Below are positions 1-12,858 of a stretch of DNA of 64,000 nucleotides, piece after piece. Within the stretch, counting starts at the first letter, position 1; the number at the start of each line of letters is the position of its first letter. A model generated the notes under the pieces. It was not told where the DNA came from. It made no database searches and saw nothing but the letters and a program-made list of their open reading frames with translations. Location: positions 4,154,001 through 4,218,000 of the forward strand of contig OZ076414.1 of NCBI GenBank assembly GCA_964187785.1, given 5' to 3'. The translations under genes and the position numbers were made by a program. Origin of the DNA: Amphiscolops sp. MND2022. Its lineage: Eukaryota.

Positions 1-1100
1 CGTCAGCTTACGCCGTGGGGACCTCCAACATGGTGACAGGAGTCAACAGGACTCACCGAAACCAACGAAATCAATTCAACGACGACGATTATGACGAAGA
101 ATACGAAGACGCACCCAGCAATACCACGGAATCTGCACTGCTCAACGCCATCCAGGATCTGCCCCGAAAACTGCAGAAAACCAATACGAAACTTCTTCAA
201 ACTCACGTGCCAAATTTCCGCGGATCCAAAGACAAATACAATGAGTTCGAACACTTATTACTTAACCATTTCCGCCCCATCGCAAATAAAATCACGGAAG
301 AAGATAAAATCCACTTCTTCCAGAGCTTACTCTGAGACGAGGCCATCGATTTTTGGCAAACTATCACCATCAACCCAACAACGACGCTGCAAGATGTCCT
401 CCAGCTATTCAGAAAAGAATTCGCAAAGGAAGATATGAGGGAAGTCGCCCTATACAAATGGAATGAAGCCCGATACGACCCGACCACTCAGACATTTGGA
501 GACTTCCTAAAAGACCTTAAGAAGATCGCCAAACAAGCCTACGGCGACGAAGCTGACAAATGTATAAAGATGTTCCTCTTCGGGAAATTGCCTGTCGAAA
601 TCTAACAAGAACTAACAATGGCAAACAAAGAAGACAGCAGCCCCGAAGAAATCAAAACATACCTGCTCCGAAAACACCAGTACCAGAATGTACTTCAACA
701 GACAACATCCACCTACCAACCCTTCAACCAAATGTCTGATAACACCACAAAGATCGATTCACACGATCGGACCAAGCCCAACACAAAACTGAGACCAAAC
801 GATTCGAGGGCAAATGTTTCTATTGTGGGAAACAAGGGCATAGAAAACAAGAATGCCGTGGACGACAACGAGATGAGGCAAATGATACAAGCAAGCCAGA
901 CGCCATTCAACCAGTCAAACGACAGGAAGAGGATAAACCAAAATACAACCCAAAACTCGTTTGCAAGATTTGCGGATACACTGGGCCTTCAGCTAGAGAC
1001 TGCCGAAAACGAATTCCCAAACAAAGTAGCACCCCACATGGACAACTCCCATACAAACGAACCGATGACCAGGAAAAGAAAGAACGGCGACGTGAATTAA
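1..1100 (+). pseudogene. gag: Gypsy-A gag remnant
   Basis: Retrotransposon-gag-like text (VPNFRGSKDKYNEFEHLLLNHF...KIHFFQSLL). The frame of ORF 15..335 continues past in-frame stops at 333-335 (TGA) and 603-605 (TAA) into ORF 618..1100. Confidence 0.75.
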
Positions 1101-1650
1101 AACAACAACAACGTCGAATGAACCAGCTGGAAATCCAAGATGACAACGCAGACTTGTCCTCAGAGGAAGAACAGGATTTTCAGTAAAGCCACAATTTCAC
1201 TCCGCAAACAACCGACGTGCGCATCCAACATTCGACTCAACAACTTACTTGACTCAACAAACTCAACACAATCGTCATCAGAGGTCTTGGCAGCCCTCTG
1301 GTGATTCCCGCAAAGCAGACGAAGTCTATCTGCGAAGATACAAGAAACCCGATGAACAACCGATGAAGTCGATGAAAACCAACAACAGGTTCACCCCATT
1401 GGAAAATTCACTCGATGACCAAACGATGAACTGGCATAACGACGCATTGAGGCCTGCGCACGATGCCAAAGAGATGTCCCCATAACTACAATCAACAGAC
1501 CGACTCTCCACCTATGACAAATCGACAAAACGGCTTAGTAGTAAAACACATGAAAACGACGAGAATAGTAGTTACAAAACTAACAAACATGCAACCATTA
1601 ACCAATTTCACGTACTTAGTCCCACATTACATCTAAATAAAAAGGATAAG

Positions 1651-2262
1651 ATGTTGTGTGTCCCCCTCCAGTTTAACAACTACGAGAACCACGGTCTTTT
1701 AGACACTGGATCAGTGCAAAGCGCACTCTCAGAAGCAAAATTGCGAAAAATCACTGCTGCTCAACCCGAAGCACTATTAGACGAACTACCACCTCCCAAC
1801 TTTAAATTTCAAATAGCTAATGGCAATTTGGTCCCCATCCGAAAACAAGTTCTTTTACGCTTTTTCATAGCAAGAAAAGTCTTTGAAGAAGTCTTTTTGG
1901 TCCTCCCAACAATGGGAACAATCTTGATTGGAATGTCGTTCTTCGAAAAGTATTCGGTCAATCTTGACATCAAAAATCATTTAGTTCACTTTCCTAACCA
2001 CATGATGTCAATGCAAGTAAGACAACAAACAAACAAAAAGTTCAAAACTGTGTTAATTGATATGTATTCCAGCAGCAGAACAACCATCCCTCCCCACCAT
2101 CAAGTACTGATTGAGGTCCACAGCGACGCGGACATATCACGTACAACTGGCACGGTAGAAGGGACTCCAGCGTTCATGCGAAAGACGTGTCTCTTGGTGT
2201 CGCCAGCAGTGGTTGACCTAGACGATGGATCACACCGATGCCAGTTGAACACCTGCAGTTGA
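1651..2262 (+). pseudogene. pol: Gypsy-A aspartic protease domain
   Basis: GLLDTGS active-site motif and downstream ILIGMSF flap-like motif. Frameshifted relative to RT near 2238. Confidence 0.85.
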
Positions 2263-3370
2263 TCACCGATCACCCCGACAACGCAGCAGCAGTGATCAAT
2301 CAACTCTTCGTGAACCCCGAGATGAAGTCTACAAAATGGTACCCGACACCAGAGACGTGCAGTGAACCAGACAAACTCAACAAGATCGAAAGACGCATTT
2401 TCGATGAGACTCTGGCACTCAGAGAACTGGAGAAGCTCGATCCTGATCGCTCCCACGAAGAACGAGTCAAGCTCCTGCAGAACTTCAAGTGGGATGAATC
2501 ACTTCTCTCTCCGTCTCAACAAGCTCAGGTAGAGGAGTTGCTGGTAAATTACAACTCCATTTTTGCTAGACATCGTTTAGACATTGGCATGCATACCGAT
2601 TTCAAAGTAAAATTAACACCTCAACATGAAGAACCCGTGTACTCGCAAAGTCTCCCTACTCCCACTAACCTGAAAGATGACTTGCTTGTAGAATTAGCGT
2701 TAATGCAGAAGTACGGGATTATAACTACTCTTCCTTACAGCAAATATTCTTCACCGATATTTGCACAACGTAAACCGATCGGTAAACTAAGGATTTTAGT
2801 TGACTTGCGGAGAATCAACCACCTGATCAAGAACGATTACGGAGAACATAACCACCCAGTTACAACTGTTTCAGACGCTGCTCAACACATGGCCGGGAAA
2901 AAATACTTCTGTAAACTTGATTGTTCCCAGGCCTACCATTGCATCCCAATGGCCGATGAGCAGTCGATCCAACTTTTGTCTTTTAACTTTGGATCCCGTA
3001 CCTTTGCTTTTCTTAGACTAGCTCAAGGTCTTAACCGTTCTCTTTCAGCCTTCACCAGTGTAGTCCGCGAGTACTCGGACCCCTTGGTCAAAGCGGACCG
3101 CTGTGCCCAGTATGTTGACGACACAGGCATAGCAGCAGATACGCCTGATGAATTGATTGAAAATTTAGAACTTGTTCTTCAGCAGTTGACCAAAGCTGGT
3201 TTAAACTCAGCATGAATAAATGTGAATTCGGCCAACAACAAAATGAATACCTTGGCAAATCAATTTCTAGCACTGGAATAGCACCCATCGAAAAACGAAT
3301 AACTGAATATTTGAAGAAACTCAAACCTCCCAATTCAGTTAAAGCTATCCAACGGTACTTAGGATTTGTC
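2238..3370 (+). pseudogene. pol: Gypsy-A reverse transcriptase
   Basis: SSPIFAQRK, LRILVDLRRIN, KLDCSQAYH, QYVDD motifs. Frameshift near 3210. Confidence 0.95.
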
Positions 3371-3397
3371 AACTTTTACAGGTCCTAAATTCCCCGG

Positions 3398-4402
3398 TTG
3401 GCAGTCAAAACAGCCGTCCTTCACGAGTTAATCAAAAAAGACACTACTTTTAAATTAGAACAACGTCACAAAGATGTAATTTTTGACATTAACGAAAGTT
3501 TACTCAAGGCTACTAAACTGTCATTGAAACTCCCCCTTCCGGATAAACAATTAGTAATCATGTGTGACGCGAGTGAACATGCAGCAGGTTATGTTCTTTT
3601 AATAGAAGACTACTCTGAAACACAATCGGGTAGCTTGAAGAAGTACGCACCATTTGCTTTTGGCTCTAAGAAATTTCAGGGTGGACAGATGTCATTAACA
3701 ATGTACGCGAAAGAGTTTTTAGCCATGCACTTCGCGTTCGACGAGTTCGGCCACATTCTGTGGGGTGCGAAGAAACCTATGATTGTAATGACAGATAATA
3801 AAGCACTCACCCGTTTCTTTCAGGCCAAACACATACCACCGTCACTTTGGAATTTTTCCGACCAGACACTTCAGTTTAATTTTATTTTAGCACATGTACC
3901 AGGTGTAGAGAATCCCGCAGCGGATTACCTTTCCAGGTTGGAAATTAGACCTGAAGAACGTGTTCATCTAAAATTAACTGATTCCATTCCAGTAGATCAC
4001 ATAGAAATCGAAATAGCCTCGAAGACGCCAAAACAGGAGGACGACGAACCAGACTACTTCCCTCCTGGCGAAACACTGAGACAGAAGAAGTCACACGATG
4101 CAAAACCGATGAAAGTGACCAACTCTGAGACAGTGACAAATGACGATGGCAAATCGATGAAACCAGTTGACGTGGCAACGACAGCCAATGACGATGACAA
4201 ACCGATGAACTCTGTAGAATCAGCACCAGCGGCCTCTGAGAATGACCACACAAGCTACCCTCAGATCTACCGACTCATGACTGATGATCAATCACCAGTG
4301 TACACAAAATTCATCGTCAAAATACCGTTACTAAACCCAGTAACGATGAAGGTTAGCCCCTTCGGGGGAGTTGATCTAATTTTAGCTCAAAAAAACAAAT
4401 AA
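3398..4402 (+). pseudogene. pol: Gypsy-A RNase H plus low-complexity linker
   Basis: IMCDASEHAAG, YAKEFLA, VMTDNKAL, NPAADYLSR motifs. Confidence 0.85.
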
Positions 4403-4415
4403 CGACATTCAACTG

Positions 4416-6228
4416 ATGTTAAAAATTTTGTCTGGAGAAACTACCCTGAACCACTCTGTAAACTTGATGTCAAACTTTTTCCAAAAACTTCACAAAAATC
4501 GAAAACGCCTTAAAAATGTAAACGCAGTCCTGTACCGTATCTTTTATGACCATACAGGCCTTGAGTCCCATAAACAAATTGTTGTACCTGAACAAGTGAT
4601 GTTAGAAATAATCAGGTTTTTCCACAACAACCCTGTGCAAGGACACCCTGGTTCTAAAAAGATGCTACATGAACTACGAAAGCGCTACTACTCTCCTAGT
4701 TTAACCGAAAAAACACAAAAAGTTCTAGAAAGTTGTGAAAATTGTATGCGATCAAAATCTACGAATGAATCAAACCTCCGCCCGCCGTTGCAGAAGATAT
4801 ACGATCCGTGTAACGGCCCTACTGACCTACTAGAGATAGATATAGTCGGACCACTGCCTGCTTCGAACGGTTATACTCACATTTTGACCGCAATCGACGT
4901 ATTTTCGCGTTATCTGTTTGCTGTACCGCTGCGTAAACCTGACACGAAGTCTGTTATCAACGCCCTTCTGTCGGTATTCACCAAACACGCATACGTTCCA
5001 ACGCACATCCTCACTGACAAAGGATCCGTTTTCACCGCTGAACTGTTCGAACAACTCACAAAAATTGCAGGCATAAGAATCTCCCATGCAACTAAAAAAC
5101 ATGCACAAACTATAGGCATGGTCGAGAGAAGTCATGCAAAACTTAAAAAAGATTTTAAAAATACATGTAAACGTAGACAGACCACAATGGGACCGCTATG
5201 TCGACATAGCAATCATGGCCCACAACACCACATACCACACTTCTCTGAAATGTTCACCAACTGAAATCTTTCACGGACGCACTCCATATAACGCTTTGGA
5301 CCTAAAATACTCTAACCCTGAAAGAAGAGTCGACACCAAATTCGGAGACGTCAACGAAATCTTAGATCGCATGAACGAAATTTACCGAGACAACACCGAC
5401 AACATAGTAGCTGCGTACCACAAGTACAAAGCTTACTATGACAGAAAAGCCAAAGCCCAACCTCTCAAGGTGAACGACCTTGTTTTCCTACTTGACCCCA
5501 AATACGACTCTCAGGGTTGTAAAGAAGAGTTCAAGACCTTCCACTGGAAGGGTCCGTTCAAAGTGATGAAAGTGCTATCCGACAGTAACTACATCATTCG
5601 GAAAGTAGGAACGTTCAAGACACAATGCGTTCATCGCATACGATTGAAAATTTTCAAACCAGAGTTCCCTGTAAAAGACGTAGACATTGGTAACCAACCA
5701 GTATACGCTGACACGGATCGCACCGAAGGTTCTAATATTTTCGACTCGCACGTACCGAGACAACCTGAAACAACCTCGGAACCGGATGAACCAGAAACTG
5801 ATGAAGAGACACCAGTTGACAGAGTCATTCGACTAAAATCTCCAGATTACAGACAAGCAATCAGACCCGACAGACCGCTAAATCGACTACCGAACCGACT
5901 GTCGTTAACACCACAACCGGAAATAGTCATAGACGACCCACCTCAAAATGTCCCACAGGTGCAGTTCAATGAAAACAATGAGATAATTCCACAAGATATC
6001 ATTGAAGACACATCGAAACAGCCAGAACCATTAAAAATACCTACCAACACCGAGACACCCCAACAGGTGAACGATGACGAAACGCCAAATCTGATAGCAA
6101 CAAGGACAAATAAAAGCAAATATAGTCTACGCGAAAACCCTCAGCCGAAACGCTACCCAGACTTTCTAATTCATGAAATCTCAACTGCTCGAAACGCTCT
6201 ACGCAAAACAAACACGACTCTGCAGTAG
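4416..6228 (+). pseudogene. pol: Gypsy-A integrase with C-terminal tail
   Basis: HHCC (HNNPVQGH...CENC), DDE core (EIDIVGP, TDKGSVF, GMVERSH), and WKGPFKV SH3-like motif. Frameshift around 5134-5160. Confidence 0.9.
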
Positions 6229-6321
6229 AAAACGAGAGGAAAAACATGTAAACGACAATCTCACATCAAAACGATGGTGAAATAACACTCCATCGTGAAG
6301 AAACAGTGAAATTACCAGGAA

Positions 6322-7336
6322 CGATGTAAAACCGATGGAACATTTCCATTGGTACCACATCACTTACAAAACATATAAAATTCAAGTGAGTTTAATGATG
6401 GTTCACACCCATCGTTTTCTCATCCCCATCTTCTCTTCGACCATGCCACAAAATCATACAGAGTTTCCACGACCTGCCTGTTAATAATTCGTAGGCTTCG
6501 CCTCGTGTTAACATCTGCTTAACGACACTCAGTCGATGAAAAACTCAATCAGTGATTACCGACTACTCGATGGACATTAGACAAACCATCACCCTTGCAC
6601 AAAAATTACCACATCAAGATGTAAAAGAGATGGATTTTCTCCATCACTTCTACATCCACTTTCTCTCTACATTACCTTCAGTCAAGAGAGAATAATCCTC
6701 AATCGTCAACAGACCACAGGCCTTGCCTTGGGTTGACATTCGATTCATTACCGCCCTGATTGAGGACACCGAAAAGATACAACTGCTATTCAAAGGCTAA
6801 CGCACCAACAGACACACGCCGATGAAAAAACGATGGAAATCTTTCATCGTTAGTTCATCGCCACCACTCCCCAACACAAAATTACCTAGTTATTAGGCGA
6901 CGATGGAAAACCGATGAAAATAGTTCATCGGTTACTCATCGCTTCTAGAATTTCCAACCCAAAATGAACCAGTCAATAACCAACGATAGAGAAACGATGA
7001 AAATGGTTCATCGTTCTCACATCGCTGCATCCACAATCAGGCTAGACAAACAAGCTCACCACAACGATGCCAAAGCGATGGAAACCTTCCATCGTTTACT
7101 CCAAGCTCCACAAAATATCTGAAAATGTAACACGATGGACAAACGATGGAAATTTACCATCGATTGCCCATCGCTTGTAGAAGTCAAACAAAAACACCCA
7201 CAACATTTAATCAACGATGACGAACCGATGAATATACTTCAACGATTCAATCATCGCCGCCAATAACAACACTACTCTCACGCAAGACTTTGTAACGATG
7301 TCATTACGATGGGAATTTTCCATCGCTTACACATCT
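6322..7336. repeat. Array of ~41-bp nested palindromes CGATG-N6-CGATG-N9-CATCG-N6-CATCG
   Basis: Inner CGATG (or one-mismatch variant) at 6333, 6396, 6628, 6831, 6912, 6995, 7076, 7144, 7226, 7307. The inner spacer is 9 bp, outer arms are almost always 11 bp from the inner arms, and the period is mostly 81-83 bp from 6831 to 7307. Confidence 0.9.
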
Positions 7337-8131
7337 ACTCAAAAGTACATGAAAAACAAACAATACATGTAAACAAAAGTATACAGATTACAAAAGAAAC
7401 TTTCATTTCAACAGTGCCACCCTTGATAATTTATTCTATTCAACAAAAAACCTTATATGTAATCATGAAACCTCCCAAAAAGAAACTCTCACGGAATTAC
7501 TGGAAAAGTACGCCTACATACAGGAATCAAAGCCCCAACTAACACTAAAGTAAAATTTAGAACTTTTCAACCGCCCCCGTCAAGTCACCTAGACACAACG
7601 AAAGCCAGTACAATTTAACCAGCATTCATATTCCATCATGCTGGTAGTTATTTCTCATCGTAGTGTCTGTTCAGTTGGGGGTTCACATTCAGATGAAGAT
7701 GTGCTTCCCGGGTAATCCGATGACACAGTGGATTCTAAGTTAGTTTTGTAGAGGTTTTGTGACGACAAAACCTTGTCCCAAGAACTGAAAAATCTTTAAA
7801 ATTCAAAAGAAAGAAAACAAATCCTAACTTTCAACACAAGCTGTTTCGATAACGCCCTATTACGCAAACACATAAACTGTATATAGAACCATAACCAAAA
7901 CCCAAAGTCCGCACAAATTGCTCGAAACTACTCAAACAAAACAAATCACGGACGTAATAATTAATTACTCGCCGAATTATTAGACTTGTAAACAATAAAC
8001 CTTTCGGTCAAGAACAAATGATCAACATATATCAAAATCACTACAAACAATCTACCTAAAACGCTTACTTTGTACATAGTTCAGTTCATACAAAATACTC
8101 ACAATCACAAACGCCATAGAAACAAACTGTT

Positions 8132-11100
8132 TTAAAAACGATGTTCAATTCCAATCTCAGGACTGGCCACCCGATCCCCACTAGCAGTAAGACCCATTCG
8201 CTCGAAAACGGACTCTCTGTATTCGTCAGTCGCTGACCTGCCGACCTCATCCCATAAATCGTCCATGTTGACTGCTGCTAACTCTACCACCCGCCCGATA
8301 GCATCACTACTGTCTGATACCAGTGCGTCTGGAATGCTCTGTAGACCTCTCACTCCCTGATTCTGACACCAGCTCAAAATTGTCCTTAACACACTACAGA
8401 GGTCCTCCGGCGACAATGAAGGTAAACTCATGTTCACGAAACTGTTGCTCTGATTGACACTTCCGCTCACACAGAAACACAATTTCATCAGTCGACACAA
8501 AGCAACGTCAGTAGACCCATATTGCCACAGATCACTTTCGTGACTGCTTCTGTCATAATCATCAGCATGTTCATCTCTAAACCGTCTAATGAATCGCACG
8601 AAAGACTCGAGCATGGCCGTTCTAGCAGCATAATTCACACGCCCATTCCGCTCCAACATTTCCAAGAAACAGCCCATTAGCTCTTCCATCTCACCAACGT
8701 GACCATGCAACAACATATCGGGACTCCAACAGGCCAGGGCTCGGTTGACATGATCAGACAATGGAGATAACTTCAACAAATTCATGGCAACTGTCATAAC
8801 AAATTCTTCAACAATGGTAACAGCATGCTGGTATTCCCCCCCACACGTGTAACTAGAACGATGGCTGGCAAATGTTTGAAACATTGGGGCTTCCCTTCCT
8901 CCACTCAACCGCAAATTAGACAGCTCAAAACTGCCCCAACGATACAACTCATATGACTGCGGAACTGCTTCTTCTTCAGCCACCATCAGACAGAGACAGC
9001 GTACTACCCCCAAGATTTCAACAACACCATAAATACCACGATAGAGCCGCTCACTGAAAGTCTGTTGCATCCCTTGTAGCACTAATAAAGCCATACAAAC
9101 GATAAAGAACGCATTTACAAAAGACGATGATTAACCGATGAAACTTATTCACAAATAAAATTAAAAGAGCAAATCGACGATGTACTACCGATGAAACCTA
9201 TACCAGTCACCTAGCGACCAGATTAATAGTTACAATAGTTAAAGTTAGACAAACACAAATACTATATTAACCAAATCTATACAACATTCCCACTGCATGG
9301 AACTTGAGAGACAGCCCAGACTCTTGCAACACCAGTAGCTCCATCCGCAACGGGTCCACACTGCCACTCAATCGATCCAACCGCTTCACCAGCTCAACTA
9401 GACTCTCCCATGACACACGTAGCTTCTCCAACACGGCCACAATCTCCCAATTTGAAATTTCACAAGAGACTATACACTAAAACAACCAATTATAACAACG
9501 AACGAAAACAAAAATTGCTCACACTCTCTACGTCCCATACCCCCCCCCAAAAAAAAACTAAAACAAAATATGGGCAACGTTTAGTGAAAAGCTAATAATT
9601 CACACTCACTCGAACGAGAGCTGGGCAAGCCGTCAAGATTGGATCATTCAGACATTCACGCAACTTTATCAGCAAAAAATTCGCCACAACATGAACGTCT
9701 TGACCAGGGAACACAGACACCCCAGGTGAAGTCACCACGCGCATGACTGACTCTAATCGGACTGGATCCAGTAGCACACCCCCAGAGCCAGTCTCGCCTT
9801 CTGTCAATCCGCGCAAAGAGGGCATTACAGTACAACTGATTCCGACTGGCCTGACTTCTTCTAACATGCAACACCAATAGTTCGCTATCCAGTCTGCTAT
9901 GCGCCGTTCCCATTGACCCGTCGACTCCACTTCGAACAGAACGTACCCTCTCAGGACACGTGACTCAGCCACTGTCGCAGAACAGCGCACCATGTCCCGA
10001 TCGATCTCAACGTACAAACCAACGTAGTTTCCAGCACTCAGGACCGCTGAAATTGCCCGCACCACGTAAGGCCACATTCCGAAGAGCAGTACTGCCTGAA
10101 GTACACACAAAATCGAACAACATCACGAACGATAGTAGGTAACGGTACAAGTCATCACGAAAACATATATATCCACATGTAACACATGAAAAACATGTAA
10201 CATGCACTTACAATAACATCTTCTTTTCGAGGACCGCCGCTCAATAGGCTCTGATACCCAACGTCAGTCATTGCAACTGAGTCCCACAGATGGGTAAGAG
10301 CAGTGACATCTCCAACCACGGTATAATGCGTCGACCACGAAGCACAAGAAAAACCTCAAGCTCCTCGCATTGTCAGGCACCTCAGACACACCGGAATCCC
10401 AAATGCTGCCACCCCGCGCTTCAACTGAGATCACCTCACGAACTGAGAAAGCAGGACATAGCTCCACTTCTGGCACGGCCAAACCACGCAACTCTTCTCC
10501 CATGTCAGCCGCTTCCGCAGCACTCATCACTGCACCGGTCCGGCGACGTAGAAAGAGACCACGCCGCGAACGAACTAAACAATCCAGTCTGTGATGAATG
10601 ACGCCGCGACAATGCTCTAAGAATGTCGAAATGCCACGGCTCCCGACTTTCAAATCACACCGACACAAGAGACATCGCACGTACGCATCAGACGACCTGT
10701 GAGTCCGCGCGAACCCCAGAAACATCCCTGCGTACGGATGCTAAAACCAACTGGATCGAATGCTGTTCTTTGCGACTAAAACAAAAACCGATGAAAAAAA
10801 CGATGAAACCCCTCGCTAACAGGGGACGAACTCAAACAACACTTTTCTTATGTAAAACGATGAAAAAACGATGTTTTCACTAAAAAACGCATCTGAAAAG
10901 TCTAAAACGACGAAAACTTGAAGCTCTACAAAAATAGTCAGCCGACGTACCAAAGGGGCACGAAAACGCCACTGAAAACTCACAAACAAAAAAGAAAGAA
11001 AAAATTGACCAAATCAAACAACCAAACTAGACTACGTAATAAAAACCCCAAATAACAACCTAAGTAAATAAGGTAACAATAACAACTCGGAATTACAGTA

Positions 11101-12037
11101 AATCACATGATTGTTGAAGCTATTTAGTTTACCTGACCGAACAACACGACCACTGGGAGCTACCGCACTGCCCACGAGAGGACTGCCGACGACAGGCACA
11201 CCCGACTCGACATTGCCAACAGGAATTTCTGACGGATCGGCAGCACCCACTATGGCTTCCACACTTGAGCCTCCAGTCTCCATTGGATCTTCAGTAGTGG
11301 CTGCTCCTGACTCTCCTTCACTACTAGAAGACGACCCAATACAGAATGCCCGCCTTGTTTGAGTCGCCACATCATGAGGAGTCCCTGATTGCTCGGGACC
11401 ACACGCAACGGACACCACCTGACGAATGACAGGCCTCTCCATGCCTCTCATCTCTCTCGGGACTAAAAGCAACAGTATTCATCGTTTTGACATCGCTACC
11501 ACGGCCACGATGGGAAACAGATGAAACATATGCGACCTGGTCCTAATGTCATAACAAGACCTATTAATCACGAAAACAGAAACATAGCTTTTCACCTACT
11601 GGAATTAGCCAGCTCTTCACGAACTGTGCTCCGCAAATAACCGTCGTACCACCCCAATGACAGCGACCCAAGAGACTGCTGCCAGGGAGTGTACACTGAA
11701 ATAACATTGTGATTGTCTGACGATGAATAAACGATGGAAACGATAGACTGACGGTAGAAGACTCGCTCTGTGGATACACGGGCACAAGTGGATGGTGTAC
11801 AATGGGAGTCTGCACAGGCGGGATCGGACCCACCCCTGTCAGTTCACTATACACCCTCGGGCTCCCAGACCCAGATGGCGTCAAACCAGACCCAGATGGT
11901 GTCATCCATTCTCCACCGGCTAAACAAATAATGACGAACATTACAGCTGCCCCAATTCCATAACAGTAGTAACAAGGACAGAGCGATGACTCACTAAACG
12001 GATTCAACTCAGGATACAAATCTCTGTTGTCAGACAT
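8132..12037 (-). pseudogene. Spliced antisense gene (~947 aa) with BED/hAT-type zinc finger, probably hAT-transposase-derived; this copy has one stop and one +1 frameshift
   Basis: Exons 12037-11995, 11919-11753, 11695-11596, 11462-11133, 10775-10212, 10095-9610, 9476-9272, 9081-8132. All introns are GT-AG with matching phases (donors GTGAGT, GTCAGT, GTGAAA, GTAAAC, GTAAGT, GTGAGT, GTTAAT). CLLC-x16-H-x5-H at 10674-10594. TAG at 10743-10741 and an extra base at ~10314. The last junction (9271 donor) is the weakest. Confidence 0.75.
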
Positions 12038-12858
12038 CTTGACAATAGCAAGCAGAAACAACGATTGCAATCTGAAAAACAAATCGATCAAGAATGAAGG
12101 TAGATGATTAATAAGAAATCAATTTGACGAAAACAAAACATGGATAATCGGCAGATATGATGGCCTGATCAACCGTGATTTGGAACCGACATTATCTCAC
12201 GAAATCAAAGGAACAACCAACGTTTCGACTACATCTAACAATACTAAAGTCAAAAAGATTAAAAATCTGATCAAAATTCTTCAAAATTGATGCCAATTCT
12301 TTATCTCCTTCCACCAACTAGCAGAGGAAAACAACAGTTTGACTACAACATTTTACTAAAAATCAAGTGCAAATCTTCTCAAAATGTTAGATGCAGCTGC
12401 CAGCGTCGTTGACAATTTGAACGATTTACACACTCAGCGGAAAGACGCACTCGAAATTGTGGCTACCTTATTGACTTAATGACTCATTGCGATAACTTAA
12501 TGTTTCCTCCACGCTTACAGTTGGAATATCTACCGAAGCATTTCACTCATTGTTACATAATTCTCATTCACGCTTACTGTGAGTTTCCAACGACAGTTCA
12601 TTCGATTTCTTTTCACATGTTATTTCGTCCTCCACAATGAACCAACGAACAATGAACCTCACCTCTGCCTACGCACTCCAGATAAAAAACGAGGTTCTAC
12701 ACCCACTCCTAACAGCCACAGAAGCCGATCTGCGGACAACCGACGGGCCAAGAACTAGAACTGACGCGTCCAACTTTAACCGAAATAACCGAGTTCACAG
12801 CCGACATTAATCCGATGAAAGATGTCTCCTTCTTAGAGAAGATACAAATGAGACAGAA

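Noticed and set aside
5700-6228. Chromodomain in the integrase tail
   Set aside because: The tail is low-complexity P/E/D/T-rich with no aromatic-cage motif.
6322-7336. CRISPR-like look (palindromic repeats with variable spacers, ~81-bp period)
   Set aside because: Eukaryotic retroelement context, no cas genes, and only pentamer arms are conserved rather than a full direct repeat.
7690-7730. 3' LTR start at TGTG (~7700) after a purine-rich patch
   Set aside because: No matching second copy or LTR end is visible, and the downstream sequence is the 3' region of the antisense gene.
7690-7775. Hammerhead ribozyme
   Set aside because: No CUGANGA...GAAA core with compatible stems.
9267-9269. TAA as the end of a separate ~630-aa gene, with 9094..8132 as a second gene
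   Set aside because: Not excluded but less favoured. A phase-1 GT at 9271 joins the AG at 9082 in frame, the gap contains intron-typical CGATG pairs, and the hAT-like order needs both halves.
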